64,000 nucleotides of DNA from Eledone cirrhosa (Eukaryota), in contig CAXHJY010001125.1 in the NCBI GenBank assembly GCA_964016885.1, positions 208,032 to 272,031 of the forward strand, read 5' to 3'. The translations under genes were made by a program, and so were the position numbers. Positions 1 to 14,916 of the stretch are shown here, one piece after another. The notes beneath the pieces are model-generated. The model saw only the letters and a program-made list of their open reading frames with translations. It made no database searches and was not told the DNA's origin. Position 1 is the first letter of the stretch. The number at the start of each line of letters is the position of its first letter.

Positions 1-1985
1 CCAGTCCAAACCTTGCTGTGATGACCAGTCCACACCTTGCTGTGATGACCAGTCCACCAGTCCAAACCTTGCTGTGATGACCAGTCCACCAGTCCAAACC
101 TTGCTGAGATGACCAGTCCACCAGTCCAAACCTTGCTGTGATGACCAGTCCACACCTTGCTGTGATGACCAGTCCACACCTTGCTGTGATGACCAGTCCA
201 CACCTTGCTGTGATGACCAGTCCACCAGTCCAAACCTTGCTGTGATGACCAGTCCACCAGTCAAAACCTTGCTGAGATGACCAGTCCACCAGTCCAAACC
301 TTGCTGTGATGACCAGTCCACCAGTCCAAACCTTGCTGTGATGACCAGTCCACCAGTCCAAACCTTGCTGTGATGACCAGTCCACCAGTCCAAACCTTGC
401 TGTGATGACCAGTCCACCAGTCCAAACCTTGCTGTGATGACCAGTCCACCAGTCCAAACCTTACTGTGATGACCAGTCCACCAGTCAAAACCTTGCTGTG
501 ATGACCAGTCCACCAGTCCAAACCTTGGTGTGATGACCAGTCCACCAGTCCAAACCTTGCTGTGATGACCAGTCCACCAGTCCAAACCTTGCTGTGATGA
601 CCAGTCCACCAGTCCAAACCTTGCTGTGATGACCAGTCCACCAGTCCAAACCTTGCTGTGATGACCAGTCCACCAGTCCAAACCTTGCTGTGATGACCAG
701 TCCACCAGTCAAAACCTTGCTGTGATGACCAGTCCACCAGTCAAAACCTTGCTGTGATGACCAGTCCACCAGTCCAAACCTTGCTGTGATGACCAGTCCA
801 CCAGTCAAAACCTTGCTGTGATGACCAGTCCACCAGTCCAAACCTTGCTGTGATGACCAGTCCACCAGTCCAAACCTTGCTGTGATGACCAGTCCACCAG
901 TCCAAACCTTGCTGTGATGACCAGTCCACCAGTCCAAACCTTGCTGTGATGACCAGTCCACCAGTCCAAACCTTGCTGTGATGACCAGTCCACCAGTCCA
1001 AACCTTGCTGTGATGACCAGTCCACCAGTCCAAACCTTGCTGTGATGACCAGTCCACCAGTCAAAACCTTGCTGTGATGACCAGTCCACCAGTCAAAACC
1101 TTGCTGTGATGACCAGTCCACCAGTCCAAACCTTGCTGTGATGACCAGTCCACCAGTCAAAACCTTGCTGTGATGACCAGTCCACCAGTCCAAACCTTGC
1201 TGTGATGACCAGTCCACCAGTCCAAACCTTGCTGTGATGACCAGTCCACCAGTCCAAACCTTGCTGTGATGACCAGTCCACCAGTCCAAACCTTGCTGTG
1301 ATGACCAGTCCACCAGTCCAAACCTTGCTGTGATGACCAGTCCACCAGTCAAAACCTTGCTGTGATGACCAGTCCACCAGTCCAAACCTTGCTGTGATGA
1401 CCAGTCCACCAGTCAAAACCTTGCTGTGATGACCAGTCCACCAGTCCAAACCTTGCTGTGATGACCAGTCCAAACCTTGCTGTGATGACCAGTCCACCAG
1501 TCCAAACCTTGCTGTGATGACCAGTCCACCAGTCCAAACCTTGCTGTGATGACCAGTCCACCAGTCCAAACCTTGCTGTGATGACCAGTCCACCAGTCAA
1601 AACCTTGCTGTGATGACCAGTCCACCAGTCCAAACCTTGCTGTGATGACCAGTCCAAACCTTGCTGTGATGACCAGTCCACCAGTCCAAACCTTGCTGTG
1701 ATGACCAGTCCACCAGTCAAAACCTTGCTGTGATGACCAGTCCACCAGTCCAAACCTTGCTGTGATGACCAGTCCAAACCTTGCTGTGATGACCAGTCCA
1801 CCAGTCCAAACCTTGCTGTGATGACCAGTCCACCAGTCCAAACCTTGCTGTGATGACCAGTCCACCAGTCAAAACCTTGGTGTGATGACCAGTCCACCAG
1901 TCAAAACCTTGCTGTGATGACCAGTCCACCAGTCAAAACCTTGCTGTGATGACCAGTCTACCAGTCCACCAGTCCAAACTTTGCT
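1..1985. repeat. 32-bp satellite (ccagtccaaaccttgctgtgatgaccagtcca)n
   Basis: Direct tandem repetition with occasional shortened units. Runs off the window start. Confidence 0.98.
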
Positions 1986-1993
1986 ATCAGTAG

Positions 1994-2024
<31 letters not shown>

Positions 2025-2222
2025 AATGATAAAAATTAATATACAAAAATCACCCACCCCCCCGTCCATCTTCTAAACAAACTTTCTAAATATGTCAGAA
2101 ATTTCAGAATCAGAGAAGAATTTTCTCATACCTCCCCCCATGATAAACTATTATGTTGTTGTTACTCCACACCTCACCACACACAACAAAGTCAGATTTC
2201 ACACTAGACAACTGCTGTATAT

Positions 2223-2296
<74 letters not shown>

Positions 2297-2569
2297 TTAA
2301 AAGATAAACAGAGATAACAACACAATCGGTACAGTATACGGAAGGAATATATTAGGTTAACGCTTATACACACACACACCTATATGTATACATACATATA
2401 TACATATCTATACACACACACACATATATAAGCTTATCTAGATTGCAGGTCATTGTTTTACCTCTAGAATAAACTGAAAAGATCTGCCCTCTCGAGAGAA
2501 AATAAGGTTATCTTTATCTAATATTAGTTGTTTTATCATTCTGACTAGCATTCATTTCACACATACACA

Positions 2570-5500
2570 CAACTAGATATAACTGGATATATTACTGGAT
2601 ATAACTAGATATTACTGGATATAACTAGATGTTACTGGATATAACGGGATATAATTTGATATAACTAGATATAACTACCATATAGCTAGATATAACTACT
2701 ATATAACTAGATATAACTACCATATCACTAGATATAACTACCATATAACTAGATATAACTACTATATAACTAGATATAACTACCATATCACTAGATATAA
2801 CTACTATATAACTAGATATAACTACCATATAACTAGATATAACTACCATATAACTAGATATAACTACCATATCACTAGATATAACTACTATATAGCTAGA
2901 TATAACTACCATATAACTAGATATAACTACCATATAACTAGATATAACTACCATATCACTAGATATAACTACTATATAGCTAGATATAACTACCATATAA
3001 CTAGATATAACTACCATATAGCTAGATATAACTACCATATAGCTAGATATAACTACTATATAGCTAGATATAACTACCATATCACTAGATATAACTACCA
3101 TATAGCTAGATATAACTACCATATAGCTAGATATAACTACCATATAGCTAGATATAACTACCATATAGCTAGATATAACTACCATATAGCTAGATATAAC
3201 TACCATATCACTAGATATAACTACTATATAGCTAGATATAACTACCATATCACTAGATATAACTACTATATAACTAGATATAACTACCATATCACTAGAT
3301 ATAACTACCATATCACTAGATATAACTACTATATAACTAGATATAACTACCATATCACTAGATATAACTACTATATAACTAGATATAACTACCATATCAC
3401 TAGATATAACTACTATATAACTAGATATAACTACCATATCACTAGATATAACTACCATATAACTAGATATAACTACCATATCACTAGATATAACTACTAT
3501 ATAACTAGATATAACTACCATATAACTAGATATAACTACCATATAACTAGATATAACTACCATATAGCTAGATATAACTAGATATAACTACCATATAACT
3601 AGATATAACTACTATATAACTAGATATAACTACCATATAACTAGATATAACTACCATATCACTAGATATAACTACTATATAACTAGATATAACTACCATA
3701 TAGCTAGATATAACTACTATATAACTAGATATAACTACCATATAACTAGATATAACTACCATATCACTAGATATAACTACCATATCACTAGATATAACTA
3801 CTATATAACTAGATATAACTACCATATAGCTAGATATAACTACTATATAACTAGATATAACTACCATATAACTAGATATAACTACCATATCACTAGATAT
3901 AACTACCATATCACTAGATATAACTACCATATAACTAGATATAACTACTATATAACTAGATATAACTACTATATAACTAGATATAACTACCATATAAGTA
4001 GATATAACTACCATATCACTAGATATAACTACCATATCACTAGATATAACTACTATATAACTAGATATAACTACCATATAGCTAGATATAACTACTATAT
4101 AACTAGATATAACTACCATATAACTAGATATAACTACCATATAACTAGATATAACTACCATATCACTAGATATAACTACCATATAGCTAGATATAACTAC
4201 CATATAACTAGATATAACTAGATATAACTACCATATCACTAGATATAACTACTATATAACTAGATATAACTACCATATCACTAGATATAACTACCATATA
4301 GCTAGATATAACTACCATATAACTAGATATAACTAGATATAACTACCATATAACTAGATATAACTACCATATAACTAGATATAACTACCATATCACTAGA
4401 TATAACTACCATATAGCTAGATATAACTACCATATCACTAGATATAACTACTATATAACTAGATATAACTACCATATCACTAGATATAACTAGATATAAC
4501 TAGATATAACTACCATATCACTAGATATAACTAGATATAACTAGATATAACTACCATATAGCTAGATATAACTAGATATAACTAGATATAACTACCATAT
4601 CACTAGATATAACTACTATATAACTAGATATAACTACCATATCACTAGATATAACTACCATATCACTAGATATAACTAGATATAACTAGATATAACTACC
4701 ATATCACTAGATATAACTACTATATAACTAGATATAACTACCATATCACTAGATATAACTACCATATCACTAGATATAACTACCATATAACTAGATATAA
4801 CTACTATATAACTAGATATAACTACTATATAACTAGATATAACTACCATATAACTAGATATAACTACCATATAACTAGATATAACTACCATATAACTAGA
4901 TATTACTACCATATCACTAGATATAACTACCATATAACTAGATATAACTACTATATAACTAGATATAACTACCATATCACTAGATATAACTAGATATAAC
5001 TAGATATAACTACCATATCACTAGATATAACTAGATATAACTACCATATAGCTAGATATAACTACCATATCACTAGATATAACTACCATATAACTAGATA
5101 TAACTACCATATCACTAGATATAACTAGATATAACTACTATATAACTAGATATAACTACCATATCACTAGATATAACTACCATATCACTAGATATAACTA
5201 CCATATAACTAGATATAACTACTATATAACTAGATATAACTACTATATAACTAGATATAACTACCATATAACTAGATATAACTACTATATAACTAGATAT
5301 AACTACTATATAACTAGATATAACTACTATATAACTAGATATAACTACCATATCACTAGATATAACTACCATATAGCTAGATATAACTACCATATCACTA
5401 GATATAACTACCATATAGCTAGATATAACTACCATATCACTAGATATAACTACTATATAACTAGATATAACTACCATATAACTAGATATAACTACTATAT

Positions 5501-7436
5501 AACTAGATATAACTACTATATAACTAGATATAACTACTATATAACTAGATATAACTACCATATCACTAGATATAACTACCATATAGCTAGATATAACTAC
5601 CATATCACTAGATATAACTACCATATAACTAGATATAACTACCATATAGCTAGATATAACTACCATATCACTAGATATAACTACCATATAGCTAGATATA
5701 ACTACCATATAACTAGATATAACTACCATATCACTAGATATAACTACCATATAACTAGATATAACTACCATATCACTAGATATAACTACCATATAGCTAG
5801 ATATAACTACCATATAACTAGATATAACTACCATATCACTAGATATAACTACCATATAGCTAGATATAACTACCATATAACTAGATATAACTACCATATC
5901 ACTAGATATAACTACCATATCACTAGATATAACTACCATATAGCTAGATATAACTACCATATAGCTAGATATAACTACCATATCACTAGATATAACTACC
6001 ATATAGCTAGATATAACTACCATATCACTAGATATAACTACTATATAACTAGATATAACTACCATATAACTAGATATAACTACTATATAACTAGATATAA
6101 CTACTATATAACTAGATATAACTACCATATAGCTAGATATAACTACCATATAGCTAGATATAACTACCATATAGCTAGATATAACTACTATATAACTAGA
6201 TATAACTACCATATAGCTAGATATAACTACCATATAACTAGATATAACTACCATATCACTAGATATAACTACCATATCACTAGATATAACTACCATATCA
6301 CTAGATATAACTACCATATAGCTAGATATAACTACCATATAGCTAGATATAACTACCATATCACTAGATATAACTACCATATAGCTAGATATAACTACCA
6401 TATAGCTAGATATAACTACCATATCACTAGATATAACTACTATATAGCTAGATATAACTACTATATAGCTAGATATAACTACCATATCACTAGATATAAC
6501 TACCATATAACTAGATATAACTACCATATCACTAGATATAACTACCATATAGCTAGATATAACTACCATATAGCTAGATATAACTACCATATCACTAGAT
6601 ATAACTACCATATCACTAGATATAACTAGATATAACAACCATATAACTAGATATAACTGAATATAACTAGATATAACTACTATATAACTAGATATAACTA
6701 CCATATCACTAGATATAACTACTATATAACTAGATATAACTACCATATAGCTAGATATAACTACCATATAGCTAGATATAACTACCATATCACTAGATAT
6801 AACTACCATATCACTAGATATAACTACCATTTCACTAGATATAACTACCATATCACTAGATATAACTACCATATCACTAGATATAACTACCATATAGCTA
6901 GATATAACTACCATATAGCTAGATATAACTACCATATAGCTAGATATAACTACCATATAGCTAGATATAACTACTATATAACTAGATATAACTACCATAT
7001 AGCTAGATATAACTACCATATAACTAGATATAACTACCATATCACTAGATATAACTACCATATCACTAGATATAACTACCATATCACTAGATATAACTAC
7101 CATATAGCTAGATATAACTACCATATAGCTAGATATAACTACCATATCACTAGATATAACTACCATATAGCTAGATATAACTACCATATAGCTAGATATA
7201 ACTACCATATCACTAGATATAACTACTATATAGCTAGATATAACTACTATATAGCTAGATATAACTACCATATCACTAGATATAACTACCATATAACTAG
7301 ATATAACTACCATATCACTAGATATAACTACCATATAGCTAGATATAACTACCATATCACTAGATATAACTACCATATCACTAGATATAACTAGATATAA
7401 CAACCATATAACTAGATATAACTGAATATAACTAGC
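2570..7436. repeat. 21-bp satellite (actagatataactaccatata and variants)
   Basis: Over 200 tandem units. Source of the MVVISSY ORFs. Confidence 0.98.
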
Positions 7437-7529
7437 ATAAATCAGTTATTTCCCTTTATGCCCCATCAATTTGGTCCTCCATCCTCCATCGAGATCAATA
7501 AAATTATGTAACCAAGTAAAAACTCTTTG

Positions 7530-8010
7530 AAGAAAACATCAGAGCGTGGTCAAAGTATGAGGACATCACAACATGGTCAAAATGTGAGGACATCACAACA
7601 TGGTCAAAGTATGAGGACATCAGAGCATGGTCAAGGAATGAGGACATCAGAGCATGGTTAAAGTATGAGGACATCAGAGCATGGTCAAAGTATGAAGACA
7701 TCACAGCATGGTCAAAGTATGAGGACATCAGAGCATGGTCAAAGTATGAAGACATCAGAGCATGGTCAAAGTATGAGGACATCACAGCATGGTCAAAGTA
7801 TGAGGACATCAGAGCATGGTCAAAGTATGAAGACATCACATGGTCAAAGTATGAGGACATCAGAGCATGGTCAAAATATGAGGACATCACATGGTCAAAG
7901 TATGAGAACATCCCAACATGGTCAAAGTATGAGGACATCACAACATGGTCAAAGTATGAGGACATCACAGCATGGTTAAAGTATGAGGACATCACATGGT
8001 CAAGGAATAA
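7530..8010. repeat. 27-bp minisatellite (gaggacatcagagcatggtcaaagtat)
   Basis: Tandem 27-bp and 24-bp units. Confidence 0.95.
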
Positions 8011-8344
8011 GGACTGAAAGCAGCAGACACACAGTAGAATACAACATATCTAAATATGAATTACTTACTGAGACTTGTTTGAATTGATGAGGAATGTCTG
8101 TGACAGTTCCACTTTAGAACCATGACATTCTGGTTTATGGAAAAGACCTGATCAATTATATTCAGATGTAGAAATGTCAAGTCACAAGAGGCTGTCCATA
8201 AATGTATGGATAGAAAATGCCTCCTACATAGAAAATACTTGAAACATAGCCAAGAGACGCAGAAGTGGAACGCCTCCACCACCACCATGTTCAGTTGGGG
8301 CATTTAGAAAGCAAAGTGTGCAACAGGTTGGTCTAGAAACATCT

Positions 8345-8560
8345 ATCATCACCATCACCGCTTTACGTCCATTCTTCCACACTAGCATGGGTTAGATGGG
8401 TTGTCCTGTTGTGGGCAATGTCAGATCAGGTGACCATGTCTTGCTCATACACAACTGATTTGGGGTCGATTTCTACAGCTGGATGCCCTTCCTAACACCA
8501 ACCTCATTTACAGTGAGTGCTGGGTGCTTTTTTTGTCATGGCCCTACACGTCCACTTTAC
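8345..8560 (-). mobile_element. Abundant SINE/RTE-related short retroposon, family A (other copies about 9515-9765, 12121-12410, 19850-20240, 37795-38250, 51705-52040, 58500-58830, 59925-60320, 61645-61965)
   Basis: Shared tttacgtcc..gctagcatgggttagacggg..ggatgcccttcctaacaccaacc core with a (CAT)n tail. Confidence 0.8.
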
Positions 8561-8699
8561 ACCGTCACTCTTGCTCTTGTGTTGGCATATAAACAGAACG
8601 GCAAACACTAATGTTTCTGGGTTATTACACTCCATCAATACCGTATACTGTTTACCTGCCAACTGTCAGAGCTAGTGAAAATATGATATTTTGGGGAAT

Positions 8700-8955
8700 A
8701 TACAGTGATTGATCGGCCTGATTTGCAGACTGCCTATATATATATGGAGAAACACCAGGACTCTGGCTTTACTGTAGCACCGGCTCAGAGCAGGAGAGTT
8801 AGGGCGAAAAAGGTATCGGATGCTGAATTTGCCGACGACATAGTTTTTGGTGACAAATACAGTGAAGGAGGCAGAGGATTTGATGCGGGAGGTTGAGACT
8901 GTGTCGATGAGTGTGGGGCTGAGAATGAATGAGACTAAAACAAAATATCTTGGGA
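8700..8955 (+). mobile_element. Non-LTR (RTE-like) reverse transcriptase fragment
   Basis: Frameshifted peptide SRRVRAKKVSDAEFADDI...VGLRMNETKTKYLG, containing the FADD motif. Confidence 0.8.
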
Positions 8956-8986
<31 letters not shown>

Positions 8987-9063
8987 TAGAAACACACAGA
9001 TATATGCGGACACACACATATATACATGAATGCATCCGCACCCAACTGTGAGTTATATATGTA

Positions 9064-9256
9064 TAGGAAAAGAGTCAGGGCCGCGGCGGCTGAGCTCCGG
9101 CCGTTTCGACAGCTAGATCCGAACTGTTCGGATCTAGGTGTCAAAATGGCCGGAGCTCAGCCGTAGGGGTCCTGACTCTTTTCCTATTACCCACTCTACT
9201 ACCCTAAGTATTGAGTACTCTGGTGGGTTATGGTCCACCTGGTATCTTACCACACC
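9064..9256. mobile_element. Palindromic interspersed repeat (related copies 31852-31931 and 58141-58275)
   Basis: 60-bp-arm palindrome at 9064-9186 plus a tail shared with 58205-58275. Flanked by (TA)n. Confidence 0.65.
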
Positions 9257-9261
9257 CTCTT

Positions 9262-9299
<38 letters not shown>

Positions 9300-9804
9300 T
9301 GATAAATTCCGACCTCACACACTTACACCTCTCCAAGACAATGTCACTAGACCGAGATCTTTGGCGCTACACAGTAATAATAGAGAAGACCCACCTTACC
9401 TAAATACAAAGTAAAACCTACGACAGTCAGTAGGCACCTCTAACAAAATACACCCCCATCCCACTACCCTCACCCCATCCACACCACCCCTTTCAATGTA
9501 AAGTTATGTTGGTGTCACAACATCCAGGCCGAAACAAATGAGGTCGTGTAGGTGTCACGACAAAAAAACACACAGTCCACGCTGTAATGTGGCCGTGTAG
9601 GCAACACGGTAAAAACCTCCCAGCCCCACACTGTAAATGTGGTTGGTGTTAGGAAGGGCATCCAGCTGTAGAAAACCTGCCAGACAGTCCTATGCGAGCA
9701 AGACAACCGCTCTTGCAAACCCATGCAAGCGTGGAATATGGACGTTAAACGATGATGATGATGATGATATATATATATATATATCATCATAATAAAATAC
9801 CTAC

Positions 9805-9954
9805 CTTGCTGGCATCGATTTTAACAGCATGGTTGTCTAATATATACAGTGCTGGTTCAATCTGTACTTTTACTTCAGATATGTCTTTCACCATAATACC
9901 CAAATTAGCAGGATTAGGGGGCTGAAGGTACATTTTTAATAGATGAAGGTATAC
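9805..9954 (-). CDS. VPS39: VPS39 exon (last one found; C-terminal exons expected left of the window)
   Basis: VYLHLLKMYLQPPNPANLGIMVKDISEVKVQIEPALYILDNHAVKIDASK. 150 nt. Confidence 0.92.
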
Positions 9955-10319
9955 CTGAAATTTAAAAAAAATAATAAACATTAAGATCATGAACTAAAAA
10001 GAAACAAAAAAAAACAGCATTTTAAGGCCATTTTCTCCTGTTAAAGTATTATATATATTATATATGTCTATATTTCATTCTGTGAGAAGTATTAAGTATT
10101 GTATATATAACCCTTTACCTGTTTCAGCCATCCGGCTGAGGCCATGCTGGGGCACCACCTTTATATTACATATGTCTATATTTTATTCTGTAATAAGTCT
10201 TCATTAAGTATTATATATATTATATATATTATATATGTCTATATTTTATTCTGTAATAAGTCTTCATTAAATATTATATATATTAAATAAATGGAAACTA
10301 TATTTATAAAACCATATTT

Positions 10320-10378
10320 ATTCTATTATATATATTTCAAGGGTACCAAAATGTTGGTACGCTTTCATCAGATAAAAT
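10320..10378 (-). ncRNA. Minimal type I hammerhead ribozyme motif
   Basis: Minus strand reads ATTTTAT-CTGATGA-[AAGCGTACCAA catt TTGGTACCCTT]-GAA-ATATATAT-A-ATAGAAT. Intact core, paired stems I and II, self-complementary stem III. Confidence 0.8.
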
Positions 10379-11224
10379 ACAAAGTGTGTTTTATAAATAT
10401 TGACATAACCAAGGAAAATATACCTTAACGGTTCAAGTTTTCCTGGGATAGTATATATATATATATTATAGTATATATATATATATATAATATATATTAT
10501 AGTATATATATATATAATATATATTATATATATATATATATAGTATATATATAATATATATTATATATATATATATATATAGTATATATATATAATATAT
10601 ATTATATATATATATATATATAGTATATATATATAATATATATTATATATTTCTATATTTTCATTCTGTAATAAGTCTTTATTAAGTATTATATATATTA
10701 TAGTATATATATAGTATATATATATATATATATAATATATATTATATATGTCTATATTTTCATTCTGTAAGCATTATATTATATTCATAGAAAAATAATA
10801 ATAATATTTTTGGTGATAATAATAATTGTTTCTACTTTATGCACAAGGCCAGCAATTACCCAGTGCATTACTGGTACTTTTGTTTCTACTTTAATAATGC
10901 TAATTGTTCCTTGTATTACCTTTAGATTTACAATAAATATAATTTAAACCAATATTTCCTCATATGTCATATGCAAAATTGCTACAGCAAACATCAAAAG
11001 AAAAATATGTAAAATTCAATAAGTCGGTGTGTGGTAGATTGAAACAGCCTGTATCTATTGAGTATTGATCTGGTGAGGATGATGATTCAGACAGCAGACT
11101 GTTACAACCAGAGAAAATATCAGACCATTACAACTATGACACATATCACCATTGAATATTAAATAAAGGCAATAAGAAGAGAAGTTGAAACACAACAGAC
11201 AATCCTGTCCCGTCTCACCGTACC

Positions 11225-11465
11225 ATACCTACCTACCAACCAACCAACCGACTGACTGACCAACAGCTGCACGTGTCCCACGGTACCGTACCAACCAACC
11301 AACCCACCACCCAATCCAACCACCAACCATCCAACTAACCACCCGTACCAACCCACCAACCAACCCACCAACCCACCAAGCAACCAGCCAACCCACAGTA
11401 CCCACCAACCAACCTACCACCCAATCCAACCAACCCACCAACCAATCAACCCACCAACCAACCAA
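11225..11465. repeat. (CCAA)n-like low complexity
   Basis: Degenerate tetranucleotide run. Confidence 0.9.
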
Positions 11466-11788
11466 GGCTGTACATGTATCAATGAAAGCCAGTCATTACA
11501 ATGATCAATGTGTAATATTACCATGAAACAAGGTAAAATGTCAAACTGACCTATTTCCACATGGAAGATGGCCAGCCAGCAGTGGAACAAAAGAAACACA
11601 AAATAGAGAGACTGACAGTCTGAGAAATCAGATGATATATCAGTGAAGAGTAAACTTAGTATTATAACTGTAATTACTAGTAAAATAAATATAACCATCC
11701 TTAATATTTAACCCTTTCGTCACCATATTTCTAATGAAATACTCCCTCTTTTAATTAATGAAGAATTTTGATGGATTTACTAATACTA

Positions 11789-12001
11789 TTAACCCTTTAG
11801 TATTTATATTATTCTGTATTTTCACAGTAAAGGGCTTTACTCACATAATTATCTAACATATCGAAGTTACAAGATTTTGATGATAATATTTTGAGAACAA
11901 TACCTTAACATGAGTATGAGTAGCTGGTTACAGCCGGTTTGAACAAAAAGAGGTGAGAGAATTCTGACCGGATATGGCTGGTTTAAATGCCAAAGGGTTA
12001 A
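11789..12001. mobile_element. piggyBac-type MITE (other copies 13977-14190, 34722-35147, 50298-50511, 50508-51312, 43540-44272, mini copy 43352-43410)
   Basis: TTAA|CCCTTT...AAAGGG|TTAA termini and a conserved interior of about 210 bp. Confidence 0.8.
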
Positions 12002-12799
12002 TTATTCATTACTAGGATAGTAACTTAATGTAAGGTTCTTATATAAAATTATGTTGGAAGATTTTAATTTAAATAGGAACCCTGTATTTTAATTAATTAA
12101 TGAAGAATTTTGAGGGAATCATCATCATCATCACCGTTTTACGTCCATTCATCCTCGCTAGCATGGGTTAGATAGGTTGTCCTGTTGTGGGCAATGCCAG
12201 GTCAGGTGACCATGTCTTGCTCATACAGGAACTAATTCTGGCTTCATTTCTACAGCTGGATGTCCTTCCTAACACCAACCTCATTTACAGTGTGGACTGG
12301 GTGCTTTTTTACTGTGGCGCCTACACGACCACTTTGCAATGGGAGGGGGTGGGGGCATCTTGTCTATATGCTTCAGCTTCGGCTTGTACCCGGGGGGGGG
12401 GGGGGTCTTCTGTATTACATTATCAATTATTTCATTAGTAAGATAGTTACTAATGTAAGGTTCTTATATAAAATTATGTTGGAAGATTTAAATTTAAATT
12501 GAAGGGTTAGAAGTCTAATTTTTATAAATCTACAAATATACTCTTCTAGGTGTAGTTATGGCTGTGTAGTTAAGGAGTTTACTGAACAGCCCCATGGTTT
12601 CAGGTTCTGTCCAGTCCCACTGCATGGAACCATAGGCAAATGTTCTTTACTATATATAGCCTTGGGTTGACCAATGCCCTCTCAGTGAAATTTGGTAGAT
12701 GGAAGCTATGTAGAAGCCCAACATGTGTGTGTGCATGTATGTGTGTGTATATATATATATATACATACACACATACATGCACACACACACACGTGTTGG

Positions 12800-13685
12800 G
12801 ATAGTGAAGAGGTCAACACACAAGGACTAAGGACACTGGACAGTGGAGAGGTCAACACACAAGGAGTAAGGACACTTATGGTGGACAGTGGAAAGGTCAA
12901 CACATAAGGACTAAAGACACTTATGGTGGACAGGTCAACACACAAGAACTAAAGACACTGGAGAGTGGAGAGGTCAACACACAAGAACTAAAGACACTGG
13001 ACAGTGGAGAGGTCAACACAAGGACTAAGGACACTGGACAGTGGAGAGGTCAACACACAAGAACTAAAGACACTTATGGTGGACAGTGGAGAGGTCAACA
13101 CAAGGACTAAGAACACTGGACAGTGGAGAGGTCAACACACAAGGACTAAAGACACTTATGGTGGACAGTGGAGAGGTCAACACACAAGAACTAAAGACAC
13201 TGGACACTGGAGAGGTCAACACACAAGAACTAAAGACACTGGACAGTGGAGAGGTCAACACAAGGACTAAGGACACTGGACAGTGGAGAGGTCAACACAC
13301 AAGGACTAAAGACACTTATGGTGGACAGTGGAGTGGTCAACACAAGGACTAAGGACACTGGACAGTGGAGAGGTCAACACACAAGAACTAAAGACACTGG
13401 ACAGTGGAGAGGTCAACACACAAGAACTAAAGACAATGGACAGTGGAGAGGTCAACACACAAGGACTAAGGACACTGGACAGTGGAGAGGTCAACACACA
13501 AGGACTAAGGACACTGGAGAGTGGAGAGGTCAACACACAAGGACTAAAGACACTTATGGTGGACAGTGGAGAGGTCAACACACAAGAACTAAAGACACTT
13601 ATGGTGGACAGTGGAGAGGTCAACACAAGAACTAAAGACACTGGACAGTGGAGAGGTCAACACAAGAACTAAAGACACTTATGAT
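12800..13685. repeat. About 37-46-bp minisatellite (ggacagtggagaggtcaacacacaaggactaaagacact)
   Basis: Tandem units with length variants. Confidence 0.95.
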
Positions 13686-14459
13686 GGACATAGGCAACTG
13701 GGAGGTATCCTGGACGACAACCAAATTGAAATTGAATAAAAATTGAATTATAAATAGTAAGATGATTTCAAACAATTTCTCTAAATCTAAAGAACAGAAT
13801 TTGTGTAGAATAATTCTGAGGAGATTTCTTTATTCCTCAATAGCAGCTGCTGTTCCAACATATTGGAATATCATCAATCATTCCTCTCACAATGTATTTC
13901 CTTCTCAGTTAATCTGTTCAAGAAAACATTTATTTCTATCTTATCTTTAGAATTTAGTGAAACTCTCAGATATATCTAACCCTTTAGAATTTACATTACT
14001 CTACATGTACTATTGTATTTTCATGGTAAAGGCTTTAACTCACATAATATCGAATCTATGAGATTTTGAAAGTATTTATTTTGAGAACTAAACCTTAACA
14101 CCAGTTTGAGCGACCAGTTACAGCCAGTTTCAACAGAAAGAGGTAGAGAATTGTGGCCGGTTTTGGCTGGTTTGAACATTAAAGGGTTAAATATATTACA
14201 TACAACAAAACATAACTGAAAAATGTTCAAGTCAGTTGATTAGACCAAAGATTATATAATTTCTAATTTTGGTAGAAGGCCAGCAATTTAGAAGGAAGTG
14301 AATAATTGACGGGTGTTTTATTTTATTGACCTCGAAAGGATGACAGATAACGTTGACAGTGGCAGGATTTGAACTCAAAACATTGCAAATTGTAACTAAA
14401 TACCACAAAGTATTTTGTCCAACGCTCTAACGACTCCACCAATCCACAGCCCTTTCAAA

Positions 14460-14499
<40 letters not shown>

Positions 14500-14631
14500 G
14501 GAAAGTTATATTTAAATTGTTGGGTTAACAACGAGTAAATATTTATAACTGATATAAAAGCACTCAACAAGTATTTGGAGTATATTTATGATATTAAATA
14601 AATGGAAACTATATTTATAAAACCATATTTA

Positions 14632-14693
14632 TTTCGTTATATATATTTCAGGGATATCATATTAACAATATGTTATGCCATCTTCAGACAAAA
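14632..14693 (-). ncRNA. Minimal type I hammerhead ribozyme motif (left arm of palindrome)
   Basis: Near-exact reverse complement of the 14813-14874 motif. Confidence 0.72.
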
Positions 14694-14812
14694 TACAATA
14701 TAAACAGTCTTATAAATAAATAGATACGACATACCTTTCAATCACCTTGCATTTGGGAGGTTGATTGAAAGGTATGTTGTATCTATTTATTTATAAGACT
14801 GTTTATATTGTA

Positions 14813-14874
14813 TTTTGTCTGAAGATGGCATAACATATTTTTAATATGATATCCCTGAAATATATATAACGAAA
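14813..14874 (+). ncRNA. Minimal type I hammerhead ribozyme motif (right arm of palindrome)
   Basis: TTTTGT-CTGAAGA-[TGGCATAACATATT ttt AATATGATATCCCT]-GAA-ATATATAT-A-ACGAAA. Confidence 0.72.
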
Positions 14875-14916
14875 TAAATATGGTTTTATAAATATAGTTT
14901 CCATTTATTTAATATC

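Noticed and set aside
2060-2125. Minus-strand LKFLTYLESLF resembling VPS39 IFLEKVL
   Set aside because: Similarity is weak and there are no fitting splice sites.
261-7995. Long ORFs in the 32-, 21- and 27-bp arrays
   Set aside because: Translations of intronic satellites, open in several frames, with no splice or homology support.
8061-8303. Possible next VPS39 exon ending at a gtaagt donor near 8068
   Set aside because: No frame resembles the expected ALxLLP...FLExVL sequence.
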